This document shows, piece by piece, positions 26,089-37,852 of a DNA stretch of 64,000 nt. The DNA comes from Octopus sinensis (lineage: Eukaryota). The stretch lies in assembly GCF_006345805.1 (NCBI RefSeq), contig NC_043018.1:18476001-18540000 (forward strand). Direction: 5' to 3'. The position numbers were made by a program, and so were the translations under genes. Each line of letters starts with the position of its first letter. Positions within the stretch are counted from its first letter, which is position 1. The notes beneath the pieces were generated by a model, which saw nothing but the letters and a program-made list of their open reading frames with translations, was not told the DNA's origin and made no database searches.

Positions 26089-26647
26089 CAAGGATTAAAT
26101 AAAAAGAATACAACAAATGGAATCATTTAACAAAACCATAGTACAAAGAAAATTCACAGCTGATACACGCACACACACACCAAAAGTATCAGGCTCAGAA
26201 AAAAAAAGGATCAGTTTGTATGATTAAACCCTGTAACATGGTGCCCCAGCATGGCCACAGTCCAATGACTGAAACAAGTAAAAAAAAAAAAACATAAGAA
26301 TTTCAAACAGTAAAGAGTAACAGGCTCTTCACCTATCAGTTTACTGACCAATCATTTTATCAGTTCTACAGGTGTGCTGTATCAGAAGTAACAATGCGTT
26401 CAATCGGTCAGTTATGTTAGTGGACCTCTTGCAAATTGGTACTTAGAACTTTTGATATCAGCTTAAGTGAAATTTATATTTATTTCCTATAGAAGCAGCA
26501 GAACTATATTGAATTAAGGCATTCTATATAGAAGAGATGATCCAATGAAACTAGCTCTGAAATAATAGTAGTAATAATAATAATAATAATAATGATAATA
26601 AGAATAATAATAATAATGATGATGATGATGATGATAATGATAATGAT

Positions 26648-26980
26648 GGGAGCATCATAGCCATGTGTTGAGAGGGATTCTTTGGGGTTTGAATAGTTCA
26701 CCTCTGGAAACATGGGTGGTTCTTTCAACATCCTTAAGCAACCCTTATTCAGGGACCGTTTGAGCAGGATGGGCTACTCAACCTGAAGAAAATTCTAACT
26801 GGGCCCCACCTGCAAGGTCATGTGCTGTTTATCTTGATATGAGATCACCATGTCGCGCACATATGGTTGTGATGCATGTGCCTGGTGTACCTTTATCAGA
26901 CGGGTAGTCATGATGGGTATATTGGGCTTCGTATATTTTACCCCAGTGTCACTTTGATGGCATGAACTGCTCTCTCACTC
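26648..26980 (+). mobile_element. ~550-bp TAA-associated element copy (truncated)
   Basis: Matches the 3' ~330 bp of 3358-3908. TAA/GAT arrays lie on both sides. Confidence 0.8.
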
Positions 26981-27012
<32 letters not shown>

Positions 27013-27671
27013 TAATAATAGTAATAATAATAATAATAATAATGATGATGATAATAATAATAATGGCAGCGTTGTAATTTCGATAGAAGAATTGTGAACC
27101 TATTCACTAATCGTATTATTTGTATCTGTTTGGCCAAAATCTTCACACTGGTCCTGGCATCTGGTAACTTAGAAACACGATCATTTCAGTTCTTACTCAC
27201 ACATGTACAATTTAGGTGCAGGCATAGCTGTGGTGGTTCAAAAGCTCACTTCTCAACCATCAGGGCTTGGGTTCAGCTCCACTGCTTGGCATCTTGGGGT
27301 TTCATGTATTATAGCCCCAGGCAGACCAAAGCCTACTGAGTGAATTTGGTAGACAGAAATTTTATGAATGAATGAATGAATGAGCCCAAAGCCATCCCTC
27401 TCTTTCTCTTGTGAGTTCAAATTCCACCGAGGTCAACTTTGCTTTTCATCCTTTCGGGGTCAATAAATTAAGTACCAGTTACGCACTGGGGTCGATGTAA
27501 TCGACTTAATCCTTTTGCCTGTCCTTGTTTGTCCACTCTATGTTTAGCCTCTTGTGGGTAGTAAAGAAATAGTTATGAATTGGCTTTCTGAGATCTGGTC
27601 AGAGGAGGGCTTCACATTTTAAAATACTGCTTGAAAAAGGACACCCAAAACACCAACAAAAGTTTAGAGCA

Positions 27672-27978
27672 ATGTGTGTGTGTGTGTGCGTGTGTGTGTG
27701 TGTGTGTGTGTGCCTGTGTGCATGTGTGTGTGTGTTCCTGGGTGTCTGTGCATGTGTGAGTGTGCATGTGTGTGCATGTGTGTATGTATGTGTGCATGTG
27801 TGTGCATGTGTGTGTATGTGTGCGTGTGTGTGTGCGTGCGTGTGTGTGCATGTGTGTATGTATGTGTGCATGTGTGTGCGTGTGTGTGTATGTATGTGTG
27901 CGTGTGTGTGTATGTATGTGTGCGTGTGTGTGCGTGTGTGTGTATGTGTGTGTGTGTGTGTGCGTGTGTGCGTGTATG

Positions 27979-28010
<32 letters not shown>

Positions 28011-28015
28011 CATGT
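27672..28015. repeat. (TG)n compound microsatellite
   Basis: TG/CG/TA dinucleotide array. Confidence 0.95.
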
Positions 28016-28214
28016 CTGGGTATATTTTCCTTCTTACATTACCTCTTTCCCACCTCTATAATTCATGTACGGAACATGTAAAGCTTGTGCGTGCACATGT
28101 GGCCAAATATTTGTTACGTTTTTGCCACCCACCCCCCGGGACTACAGATAGAACTTGCTTTCTATATTGTGTCCATCCACAAGCTTTTTATCTCTTTATA
28201 CCTTTCACTTATAT

Positions 28215-28790
28215 TTCTTATATATTTTTATTTATATTTTTTATACATATATTTATATATATATATATATATTATATTTTTATTTATATTTTTTATACAT
28301 ATATTTATATATATATATATATTATATATTTTTATTTATATTTTTTATACATATATTTATATATATCTATTATATATTTTTATTTATATTTTTTATACAT
28401 ATATTTATATATATATTTCTTATATATTTTTATTTATATTTTTTATACATATATTTATATATATATATATTATATATTTTTATTTATATTTTTTATACAT
28501 ATATTTATATATATATATTATATATTTTTATTATATTTTTTATACATATATTTATATATATATTTCTTATATATTTTTATTTATATTTTTTATACATATA
28601 TTTATATATATATATTATATATTTTTATTTATATTTTTTATACATATATTTATATATATCTATTATATATTTTTATTTATATTTTTTATACATATATTTA
28701 TATATATATATTATATATTTTTATTTATATTTTTTATACATATATTTATATATATATATTATATATTTTTATTTATATTTTTTATACATC
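28215..28790. repeat. AT-rich minisatellite (~48-bp unit), resumes at 32087-32235
   Basis: Unit approximately TATATTTTTATTTATATTTTTTATACATATATTTATATATATATAT. The same unit continues after the LINE tail. Confidence 0.9.
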
Positions 28791-28797
28791 ATATATT

Positions 28798-30836
28798 GTT
28801 GACAGGGCTATTAGACAAAAGAAACAGGCTTGGAAGGCCTGGAAGAACGGTGGTAGCAGGGAAGTGTATCAGTCTGCCAGAAGGGAAGCCAGGAGACAGG
28901 TCTATCTAGCCAGAGGGGAAGCAGAGAAGGAAAAATTTGCCAATGTCCTACGTCGTGAGGATGAAAGACTTGAGGTATTTCGTGTTGCAAGACAGTGTGT
29001 GAGAGAGAATCGTGACGTGGTAGGAGAGAAATGTGTTCGCATGGAGGATGGTTCACTTGCGTTAAATGAGGATGCAAAGAGAGAAGCTTGGAGACGCCAC
29101 TATGAAAGGTTGCTGAATGAGGAAAATGAATGGGATAAAGAGAGTCTGCCGAATGTCGACCCAACAGAGGGACCAGCAATCCGAGTTAACAGTTCCTTAG
29201 TAGATAAGGCAATTAGAAGCATGAAAACAGGGAAAGCCCCAGGCCCATCAGGAATTACTGCAGAGATGCTCAAAATATCTGGTGGTGTCGGCTATAGCTT
29301 AGTCACCCGTATAGTTAACCAGGTGATACACGAGGGGGTCATACCCAATGACTGGTGTAGCAGCATAATAGTCAACTGCTACAAAGGTAAAGGCGACGCC
29401 CTAGAGACAAATAACTACAGGGGCATCAAGCTGCTGGATCAGGTAATGAAGGTTACGGAGAGGGTTGTAGCCCAACTAATTAGAGAGAGAGTTACCTTAG
29501 ATGATATGCAGTTGGGTTCGTGCCAGGGAAAAGTACAACTGATGCTATATTCCTGGTAAGACAGCTGCAGGAGAAATACCTAGCCAAAGATAAGCCCTTG
29601 TACCTGGCTTTTGTTGACTTGGAGAAAGCCTTTGACAGGGTCCCCCGGTCCCTTATCTGGTGGTCAATGAGGAAACTAGGGATAGAAGAATGGTTGGTGA
29701 GAGCTGTGCAAGCCATGTACAGAGACGCTGCTAGTAAGGTGAGGGTTGGCAACGAGTACAGTGAAGAATTCCGGGTAGAGGTTGGGGTCCACCAAGGTTC
29801 AGTCCTCAGTCCCCTCCTATTTATCATAGTCCTCCAGGCAATAACGGAGGAATTCAAGACAGGTTGCCCCTGGGAGCTCCTCTATGCTGATGACCTTGCT
29901 CTAATTGCTGAGTCACTATCAGAACTGGAGGAGAAGTTTCAGGTGTGGAAACAAGGATTAGAATCGAAGGGCCTTAGAATCAACCTAGCCAAAACCAAAG
30001 TTCTAATAAGTAGGAAGGTAGATCAATCACAAACGCCTTCAGGTAGATGGCCCTGCTCGATCTGTAAAAAAGGTGTAGGTAGAAACTCTATAAGATGCAC
30101 CAAGTGTAAGCTATGGACACATAAGAGGTGCAGCAATGTCAAAGGAAGGCTAACTAGGAAAATAGTTTTTGTCTGTGGCAAATGCTCAGGAGCAATAAAC
30201 ACTGGAAATATGCAGAGACCAACTTCTGCCACGTTCCAGGGAGACAAACTAGAAGTAGTTGATAGCTTCCGCTACCTAGGAGACCAAGTCAGTAGCGGGG
30301 GTGGGTGTGCTGAAAGTGTAACTGCTAGAGTAAGAATAGCCTGGGCAAAGTTTAGAGAGCTCTTACCCCTGCTGGTGACAAAAGGCCTCTCGCTCAGAGT
30401 AAAAGGCAGACTGTATGATGCATGTGTACGTACAGCCATGCTACATGGTAGTGAAACATGGGCCGTGACTGCTGAGGATATGCGTAAGCTCGCAAGAAAT
30501 GAAGCCAGTATGCTCCGATGGATGTGTAATGTCAGTGTTCATAATCGTCAGAGTGTAAGTTCCTTGAGAGAAAAGTTGAACCTAAGAAGCGTCAGTTGTG
30601 GCGTGCAAGAGAGACGGCTGCGCTGGTATGGTCATGTGACAAGAAAGGCTGAAGATAGTTGTGTGCAAAAGTGCTACACCCTAGCAGTGGAGGGAACCTG
30701 TGGAAGAGGTAGACCCAGGAAAACCTGGGACGAGGTGGTGAAGCACGACCTTCGAACTTTAGGTCTCACTAAGGAAATGTCTAGAGACCGAGACCTATGG
30801 AAGTATGCTGTGCATGAGAAGACCCGGCAAGACTAG
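28798..30836 (+). pseudogene. RTE reverse transcriptase ORF with one frameshift (~29512)
   Basis: The frame of ORF 27760..29559 reads VDRAIRQKK...DDMQ and continues in the frame of 29520..30836 (PGKSTTDAIF...). This is consistent with a 1-nt loss in the expected QFGFVPG. YADD is at 29883-29894. Confidence 0.92.
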
Positions 30837-32087
30837 TCAGGCCATAACCCGTGGCCCCGACCGGGGACGTAGTCAGTCCTGTGCATACCTTCCTTCTTGT
30901 GACACTTATGAAGACCTGTTGAGGCAAGTGAAAATCAAATCAAATCAAAACAAATCAAAATAGATGAACATCAGTGGAATTGTATTCTTTGTGGTACCAG
31001 TGCCGGTGGCACACAAGAAAACCACCCAAACGTGGCCGTAACCAGTACCGCATCGACTGGCCTCCGTGCTGTGGGCACAACACACACCATCCGATCGTGG
31101 CCGTTCGCCAGCCTCATCTGGCACCTGTGCCGGTGGCACATAAAGACACCATCCGAAGACCCGGCGACGTAGTCAGTCCACCTGTGCATACCTTCCCTCT
31201 TATGACACTTGTGAAGACCTGTTGAGGCAAGTGTGTGACACTTGTGAAGACCTGTTGAGGCAGAGGCAAGTGTGTGACACTTGTGGAGACCTGTTGAGGC
31301 AAGTGTGTGACCCTTGTGAAGACCTGTTGAGGCAAGTGAAAATCAAACCAAATCAAAATAGATGAATATCAATGGAATTTGTATCTTTGTGGTTCCAGTA
31401 CCGGTGGCACACAAGAAAACCATCCGATCGTGGCCGTTCGCCAGCCACATCTGGCACCTGTGTCGGTGGCACATAAAGACACCATCCGAAGACCCGGCGA
31501 CGTAGACAGTCCACCTGTGCATACCTTCCTTCTTGTGACACTTGTGAAGACCTGTTGAGGCAAGTGAAAATCAAATCAAATCAAATCAAAACAAATCAAA
31601 ATAGATGAACATAAATGGAATTTGTATCTTTGTGGTACCAGTGCCGGTGGCACACAAGAAAATCATCCGAACGTGGCCGTAGCCAGTACCGCATAGACTG
31701 GCCTCCGTGCTTTGGGGACGTAACAAACACCATCCGATCGTGGCCGTCCGCCAACCTCATCTGGCACCTGTGTCGGTGGCACATAAAAACACCATCCGAG
31801 CGTGGCCGTCTGCCAGCCTCGTCTGGCACCTGTGTCGGTGGCACATAAAAACACCATCCGAGCGTGGCCGTTCGCCAGCCTCGTCTGGCACCTGTGTCGG
31901 TGGCACATAAAATCACCCACTACACTCTCGGAGTGGTTGGCGTTAGGAAGGGCATCCAGCTGTAGAAACACTGCCAGATCTGACTGGCCTGGTGCAGCCT
32001 TCGGGCTCCCCAGACCCCAGTTGAACCGTCCAACCCATGCTAGCATGGAAAACGGACGCTAAATGATGATGATGATGATGATGATGA
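28798..32087 (+). mobile_element. 5'-truncated RTE-clade LINE
   Basis: ORF with RT motifs (GKAPG, NYRGIKLL, QxG..PG, FVDLEKAFD, GVHQGSVLSPLLF, YADD), an RTE-type C-terminus (RLRWYGHV, GRGRPRKTW), a 1.25-kb 3' UTR and a (GAT)n tail. No endonuclease domain is present. Confidence 0.95.
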
Positions 32088-32664
32088 TATTTATATATAT
32101 ATATTATATATTTTTATTTATATTTTTTATACATATATTTATATATATATATTATATTTTTATTTATATTTTTTATACATATATTTATATATATATATTA
32201 TATATTTTTATTTATATTTTTTATACATATATTTCTTACATATTTATAAGGATATTGGTTTATAGGTTTATTGCATATATATTTTTTACACATAATTTTT
32301 TCTGTATTCTACCTTCCACCCTGCATTTTTCCCTGGGCGTATATAGACGTGTATATGGAATCTTTTGTGTGTGCGTGTGAATGTGCATCTGTGCAGGTAT
32401 GTGTGTATATAGAAGTGTACGTGTGTGCGTGCATGCGAGTACGTGCATATATAGACGTATTTTTCTCAGTGTTTTTTCACATTTTCCTGTATTTTTGCCT
32501 TTAACCCCGTTTTTTCTTGTGTATATGTACATACAAACATATGTATGAACCTTTATGGTGCGTTTTCCATATATATCAACTCGTGTGTTCCTTTGCAACC
32601 TTCTACATATCTATCTATCTATCTATGTATCCCCTCTGTGTTCAGCCCTGTGTGGCCAATAAAG

Positions 32665-32708
<44 letters not shown>

Positions 32709-32924
32709 ATACATATATATATATATACATATACATATATACATATATATATATGTATATATACATATATATATACAATTTGATTTGAAAACCCCACTGG
32801 AATGGGAGAAAGCGCTAATAATCCGAATGATATGATCTGAATGATATGATATATATGTGTAAAAAATGTAATATATAAATAAATATCTATAAATATGAAC
32901 CATCCGATCTGATTACCTCATTTC

Positions 32925-33012
<88 letters not shown>

Positions 33013-33735
33013 TATTGTTTTTGTCAATAAATTTGGATGTACTAGCAAAATTGGTTTGCCAAGACTATGTTAAAGAATTCTTTACCAGAATGGTAAAATA
33101 AATACAAATAAATATTAAAAAATTAAGAAAACAATTAAAGCAATCACCACCACCAACACACGTATGCTCAAAGTGATGCACATGTGTATACGCACACTAA
33201 CAAACGCATATGTACCAATATGTACAAGAACACAGTGGTAATGGCTTAGATGTGACTGTTGTCTTTGAGTGAGCCTCAGATAACTCGTTAACCGGCAGGG
33301 ATATTTTAATTTCTAATTAACACAATTATTGAGACATGTTAAATTTCTCAATCAAAATATTTCTGAAGATCACTGTAGGGAAATTTATTTTCCTCTCTTC
33401 CAGCTTCACCATTTTTATAAGGAGACATTCAAGGAGCAGAAGCGAGATTCATTTTAGTAGCTTCGTTGATAATTAGGAAGTCTTCTAAGGGACAAAACAA
33501 TGTTTATTTTGATAACCTCATTATTAAACGGGGAATCTCTTAAGGGGCAAGAAAAATGTTTATTTTAATCACTGCATTACTAATTAAAGAGTCTCTTAAT
33601 CCTTCAGCATTTAAATCAGTCATACCTGGGCCAAATATTCTAAAAACAGACCAGATCTGGCCTTTTGCACCTATTCTACAATGTCATTCTAACGACAAAC
33701 ACTCAGAGATCTATTAGCTTAATGGTATAGAGAAC

Positions 33736-34345
33736 GGCGAGCTGGCAGAAACGTTAGCACGCTGGGCGAAATGCTTAGCGGTATTTTGTCTGCTGCTACG
33801 TTCTGAGTTCAAATTCTGCCGAGGTTAACTTTGCCTTTCATCCTTTCAGGGTCGATTAAATAAGTACCAGTTATGCACTGGGGTCTATATAATCGACTTA
33901 ATCCGTTTGTCTGTCCTTGTTTGTCCTCTCTGTGTGTAACCCCTTGTGGGTAGTAAAGAAATAGGTATTTCGTCTGCCACTACATTCTGAGTTCAAATTC
34001 AGCCGAGGTCGACTTTGCCTTTCATCCTTTCGGAGTCGATTAAATAAGTACCAGTTATGCACTGGGGTTGATATAATCGACTTAATCCGTTTGTCCTCTC
34101 TGTGTTTAGCCCCTTGTGGGTAGTAAAGAAATAGGTATTTCGTCTGCTGCTACGTTCTGAGTTCAAATTCCGTGGAGGTCGACTTTGCCTTTCATCCTTT
34201 CGGGGTCAATTAAATAAGTACCAGTTATGCACTGGGGTCAATATAATCGACTTAATCCGTTTGTCTGTCCTTGTTTGTCCTCTCTGTGTGTAACCCCTTG
34301 TGGGTAGTAAAGAAATAGGTATTTCGTCTGCCGCTACGTTCTGAG
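33736..34345 (+). mobile_element. SINE family B head-to-tail multimer
   Basis: One full copy followed by repeats starting GGTATTT at 33964, 34134 and 34318 (periods 184/170/184). Confidence 0.85.
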
Positions 34346-34626
34346 AGGTACAAGGTTCGATTCTCTGCAGAGACTTCTTTGCCACTTTTCTATCTTCTAA
34401 AAGGCATTTACCAGATTTTCTAAGCTGTCTTCACAGTGATCCTGCATTCAAAAGTTCCACTATTTTCTGTAGCACACACACACACACACACACATTCCTT
34501 TATTTCTATATTTGCTTCAGTCGTTTTGACTGTGGCCAAAGTCCTAGGACTGATGTGCTCGACTAAAGGCGGTGCTCCAGCATGGTTGCAGTCAAATGAC
34601 TGAAACAAGTAAAAGAGTAAAGAGTA

Positions 34627-35290
34627 AAGGATAATTTCTGTTCAAGGCAATGCAAGAAAAGCGATTCAAGCACACCAAGAAGTTGAAACACTTGTTGGAA
34701 CTAGACATGCTGTGGTTCTTTGAGGAGAAGAATTTCTGCCAAGTCCAGAAGATTAACTCTCAAAACAGCAGGTAGCTTGTTGTCCACCCAAAGACATGCC
34801 CACAGTCATGCAGATGAAATTTCCACCAACAGCCATGGTCTTTGGTGTTGTCAGCAGTAAAGGTGATGCCATGCCACCTCACTTCTTCCCTGAGAGCCTC
34901 AGGCTGAACGCCAATGGCTACATCCATGTTCTGAGTGAGTTAGTGAAACCCTAGACTGACCAGGTAGGGAGGCAGAACATGTGGCAGCAAGACTCTGAGC
35001 CCTGCCACACCAACTGGAAGACCCAGGCCCAGCTGCTGGAGAATTTTTTTAATCATATGGCACCTAACGTTTGGCTTCCCAACTTACTTGATTACAAACC
35101 CTTTGACTTTATTGTGTGGGGAATGGTGGAATGAGAGACCAACAAATCTAGCTACAGCAAGGACAAGCAGAAAGCCAGGGTTACCAGGGCCTTCAGGGGC
35201 CTAAAATAGAAGACAGAGACAAAAGCTTGTGGCAGGTTCTGAGGTCACGTGGAGACTGTCATTGAGGTCAAAGGCAAGATTGTTGAGTGA
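34627..35290 (+). pseudogene. maT (DD37D) Tc1/mariner transposase relic
   Basis: WFFEEKNFCQVQKINSQN.../MQMKFPPTAMVFGVVSSKGDAMPPHFFP...WQQDSEPCH...WLPNLLDYKPFDFIVWG...VIEVKGKIVE*. There are 37 residues between the QQD aspartate and the PFD aspartate. Several stops and one frameshift. Confidence 0.88.
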
Positions 35291-37852
35291 GATTGATGGA
35301 AGATGTCACGAAGACAAACTGACCCAAATTTGGCAAATATACCTCAAAAAATAAAAACACTGTTTCATTTTTCCTGGGACAGTCATCATGCAAATGGATA
35401 CCATCCACACCCTGTATATGTATTTGGAGATCAGTATTTGCTTGCATAAGAAAAGCCATTTCAAAACTGAACATTCTTCTCTCATACGAATGGAATAAAA
35501 CCAACAAAGTAAGGTGAAGAATCTAATTATGCCAAGGAATTTTTATTCACAATGTTCCATAATGAATGGTTTCCTCACTCAATAATTGATCAATTCGAAT
35601 TAAAATTCAGCTTTATAGATTCCAGCATATTCCGTGACATAATTTGTGGAGAAACTTTTGAAATGAAGAAAATGGAAAAGCTGAAACCCACAACTTTACA
35701 GATGCAACACAAAAATGTGAAGCTCTGGTTTTGTATCACCAAGTGAATAATTCTGTTATATTACAGGATTACTTGTGGAATTAGATGTGAAGTGGTTGGA
35801 CCATTGTTGCAAAATTCACCACTAAAAACAGGTTGTTTAAGGGAAACTGTCCATATTGTCAATGGAACTTTCAGAAATCCACAAAATAAATGATTTGAAT
35901 GTTAAAGTTGTTGATACATTACTATCATTCAATGTGATTGATGAGGTAAGTGGTCTAACATTTTGGATCTCTGCAATGATTATAGAACCAATAAAGTATC
36001 ATATTCTACAGCTTTGTGTTGAGATGAAGCAGTTTTCAGTTCCAAAATGCAAAGGTATCCAAGAATAATAACGCAGAGTAAAATTTAGACTTTGGAATGA
36101 ATTAATCAAACAGAACCACATCTAGATTTACATAACATAACCTTAACATCGAAAAGTTTAAAGGCCTCCCACAATTTATTTCGAATTAGTTTGAAGAATT
36201 TTGACAACGATATCCAAACCTTTCTTTTGGAAATCAACCCAACATCCACAACTTCTGAGACAATGTAGTGACATGTTGAAAATCAGGGAAATAGGATGAT
36301 AAAACACTAAAAAGTAGCCAACAACAACATTGAAAAGAGAAAAAAAAAACATCATAAGCTTGCAACAAAATATAAAGAATCAGATGTTGAAAGTGCTTTT
36401 CCATTTTAGCATACAGCATCAAACCAAGCCCCTCGGAAGTCAGTGCAATCAAACAGCTTCAGTATGCAATGAATGAAACTGAATTATGCAGATCCTGTGA
36501 ATTACCAAATTATTGGGTGCAATTCATTCTTGTTCCAGTAACAAAAAACTAAAAAAAAAATTCACCAAAATGACAAATGGCAGAAGAAAAATGAGAAAGG
36601 GATGAATCAGATAAATAGATAAAAAAAAAAGAAAAAAAGAAAAGAGAAAAAAAAGGATCTTTTAATGAAATGAAGGAACCAATTTCAAGACAATCAATTG
36701 TGACATGTTCTAACGATAAACCAGCAGGAGAAATAATGTTGAATGCTAGCCAAGTTGATTTAGATACTATTTTATCGCTAACAATCAGGAATTCATAAAA
36801 ATCATTTCTCTTGGTTCCAAAACATTAATGGAAACAAACACACACACACACGCAAAAAAAAAAAATATATAATTAAATAAAAGAAGTGTTGTATGAGAAT
36901 GTGTGATATTCCAGAATCTAGTTCCATGGTAAATAATTTACAATAATCTTCAATAAAGATAAAACCCCTCAGCAGTTCAACAACAGTTAAGGGTAAACTA
37001 CTAGCCCAGATTTTTCAAAGGAGCTTCTCAATTCAGCCATGCAACTTTTCTATTCAGAGTATCAGAAGTGAAGTAAATATGGCAGTTCCATTGAGAAGAT
37101 TTACCAATATTTTAAGCATAAATATTGGAAACACTATTACTGCACATTTCATAAATCCGTTAACAGCCAATAGCGTTGTTCTTAGGTCTAATATGCTTGT
37201 CAGAAATAATGGTATGCTGAAAAGATGCTTCTGAATAGCAGGTAACACAAAAAGCCATTCTCACTAACAGTTGGAACTATGAAGGTATAAAAATGGAACT
37301 TACCAACAAAAGAAGCCTCGTAGTATACAGTGAAGAGAAAGGGGTGGGGGGGAGTGGGAGGTAAATATAGCAGACAAGTGCCATTTGGGTATTCAAAGAC
37401 AAACCATTTAATTTATACAATGTTTTGTTAGCCTAAAAATCAATCAAAATATTGAACAGTTAATCAATTCCTGTTTGTCATATATTTCAACCATATCTAC
37501 TGAAAAGCTATCTTACGGCACCTTGACAATTCCACAAAAGAAATAATCAAATAATTACAGTTTCTATTTTCAACTTTATTATTCTGGTCTTAGAAAATGG
37601 CCCTCAATTTACAAGGAACTGATTTGTTGCAATTTAGCGATGAATGGAGTAATTCATCACTTTAACTCAACTCCATATTATACCAGAAACAAATTTTGGT
37701 AACAGAATGTAATTTCACAGCAAGTATGAAACATATGAGAATCGTTAGGACAAAAGGGAAATGTCAGTGAATTAAATTCAGAAAGAAATTCTCTTGTAAA
37801 ATTACTCTGTGGTGGTAAATTAAAAGGACAAGTCACCTTCATTACTGATATA

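Noticed and set aside
27760-28797. N-terminal part of the 599-aa ORF
   Set aside because: Translation of (TG)n and an AT-rich minisatellite that happens to be in frame with the RTE ORF; not part of the protein.
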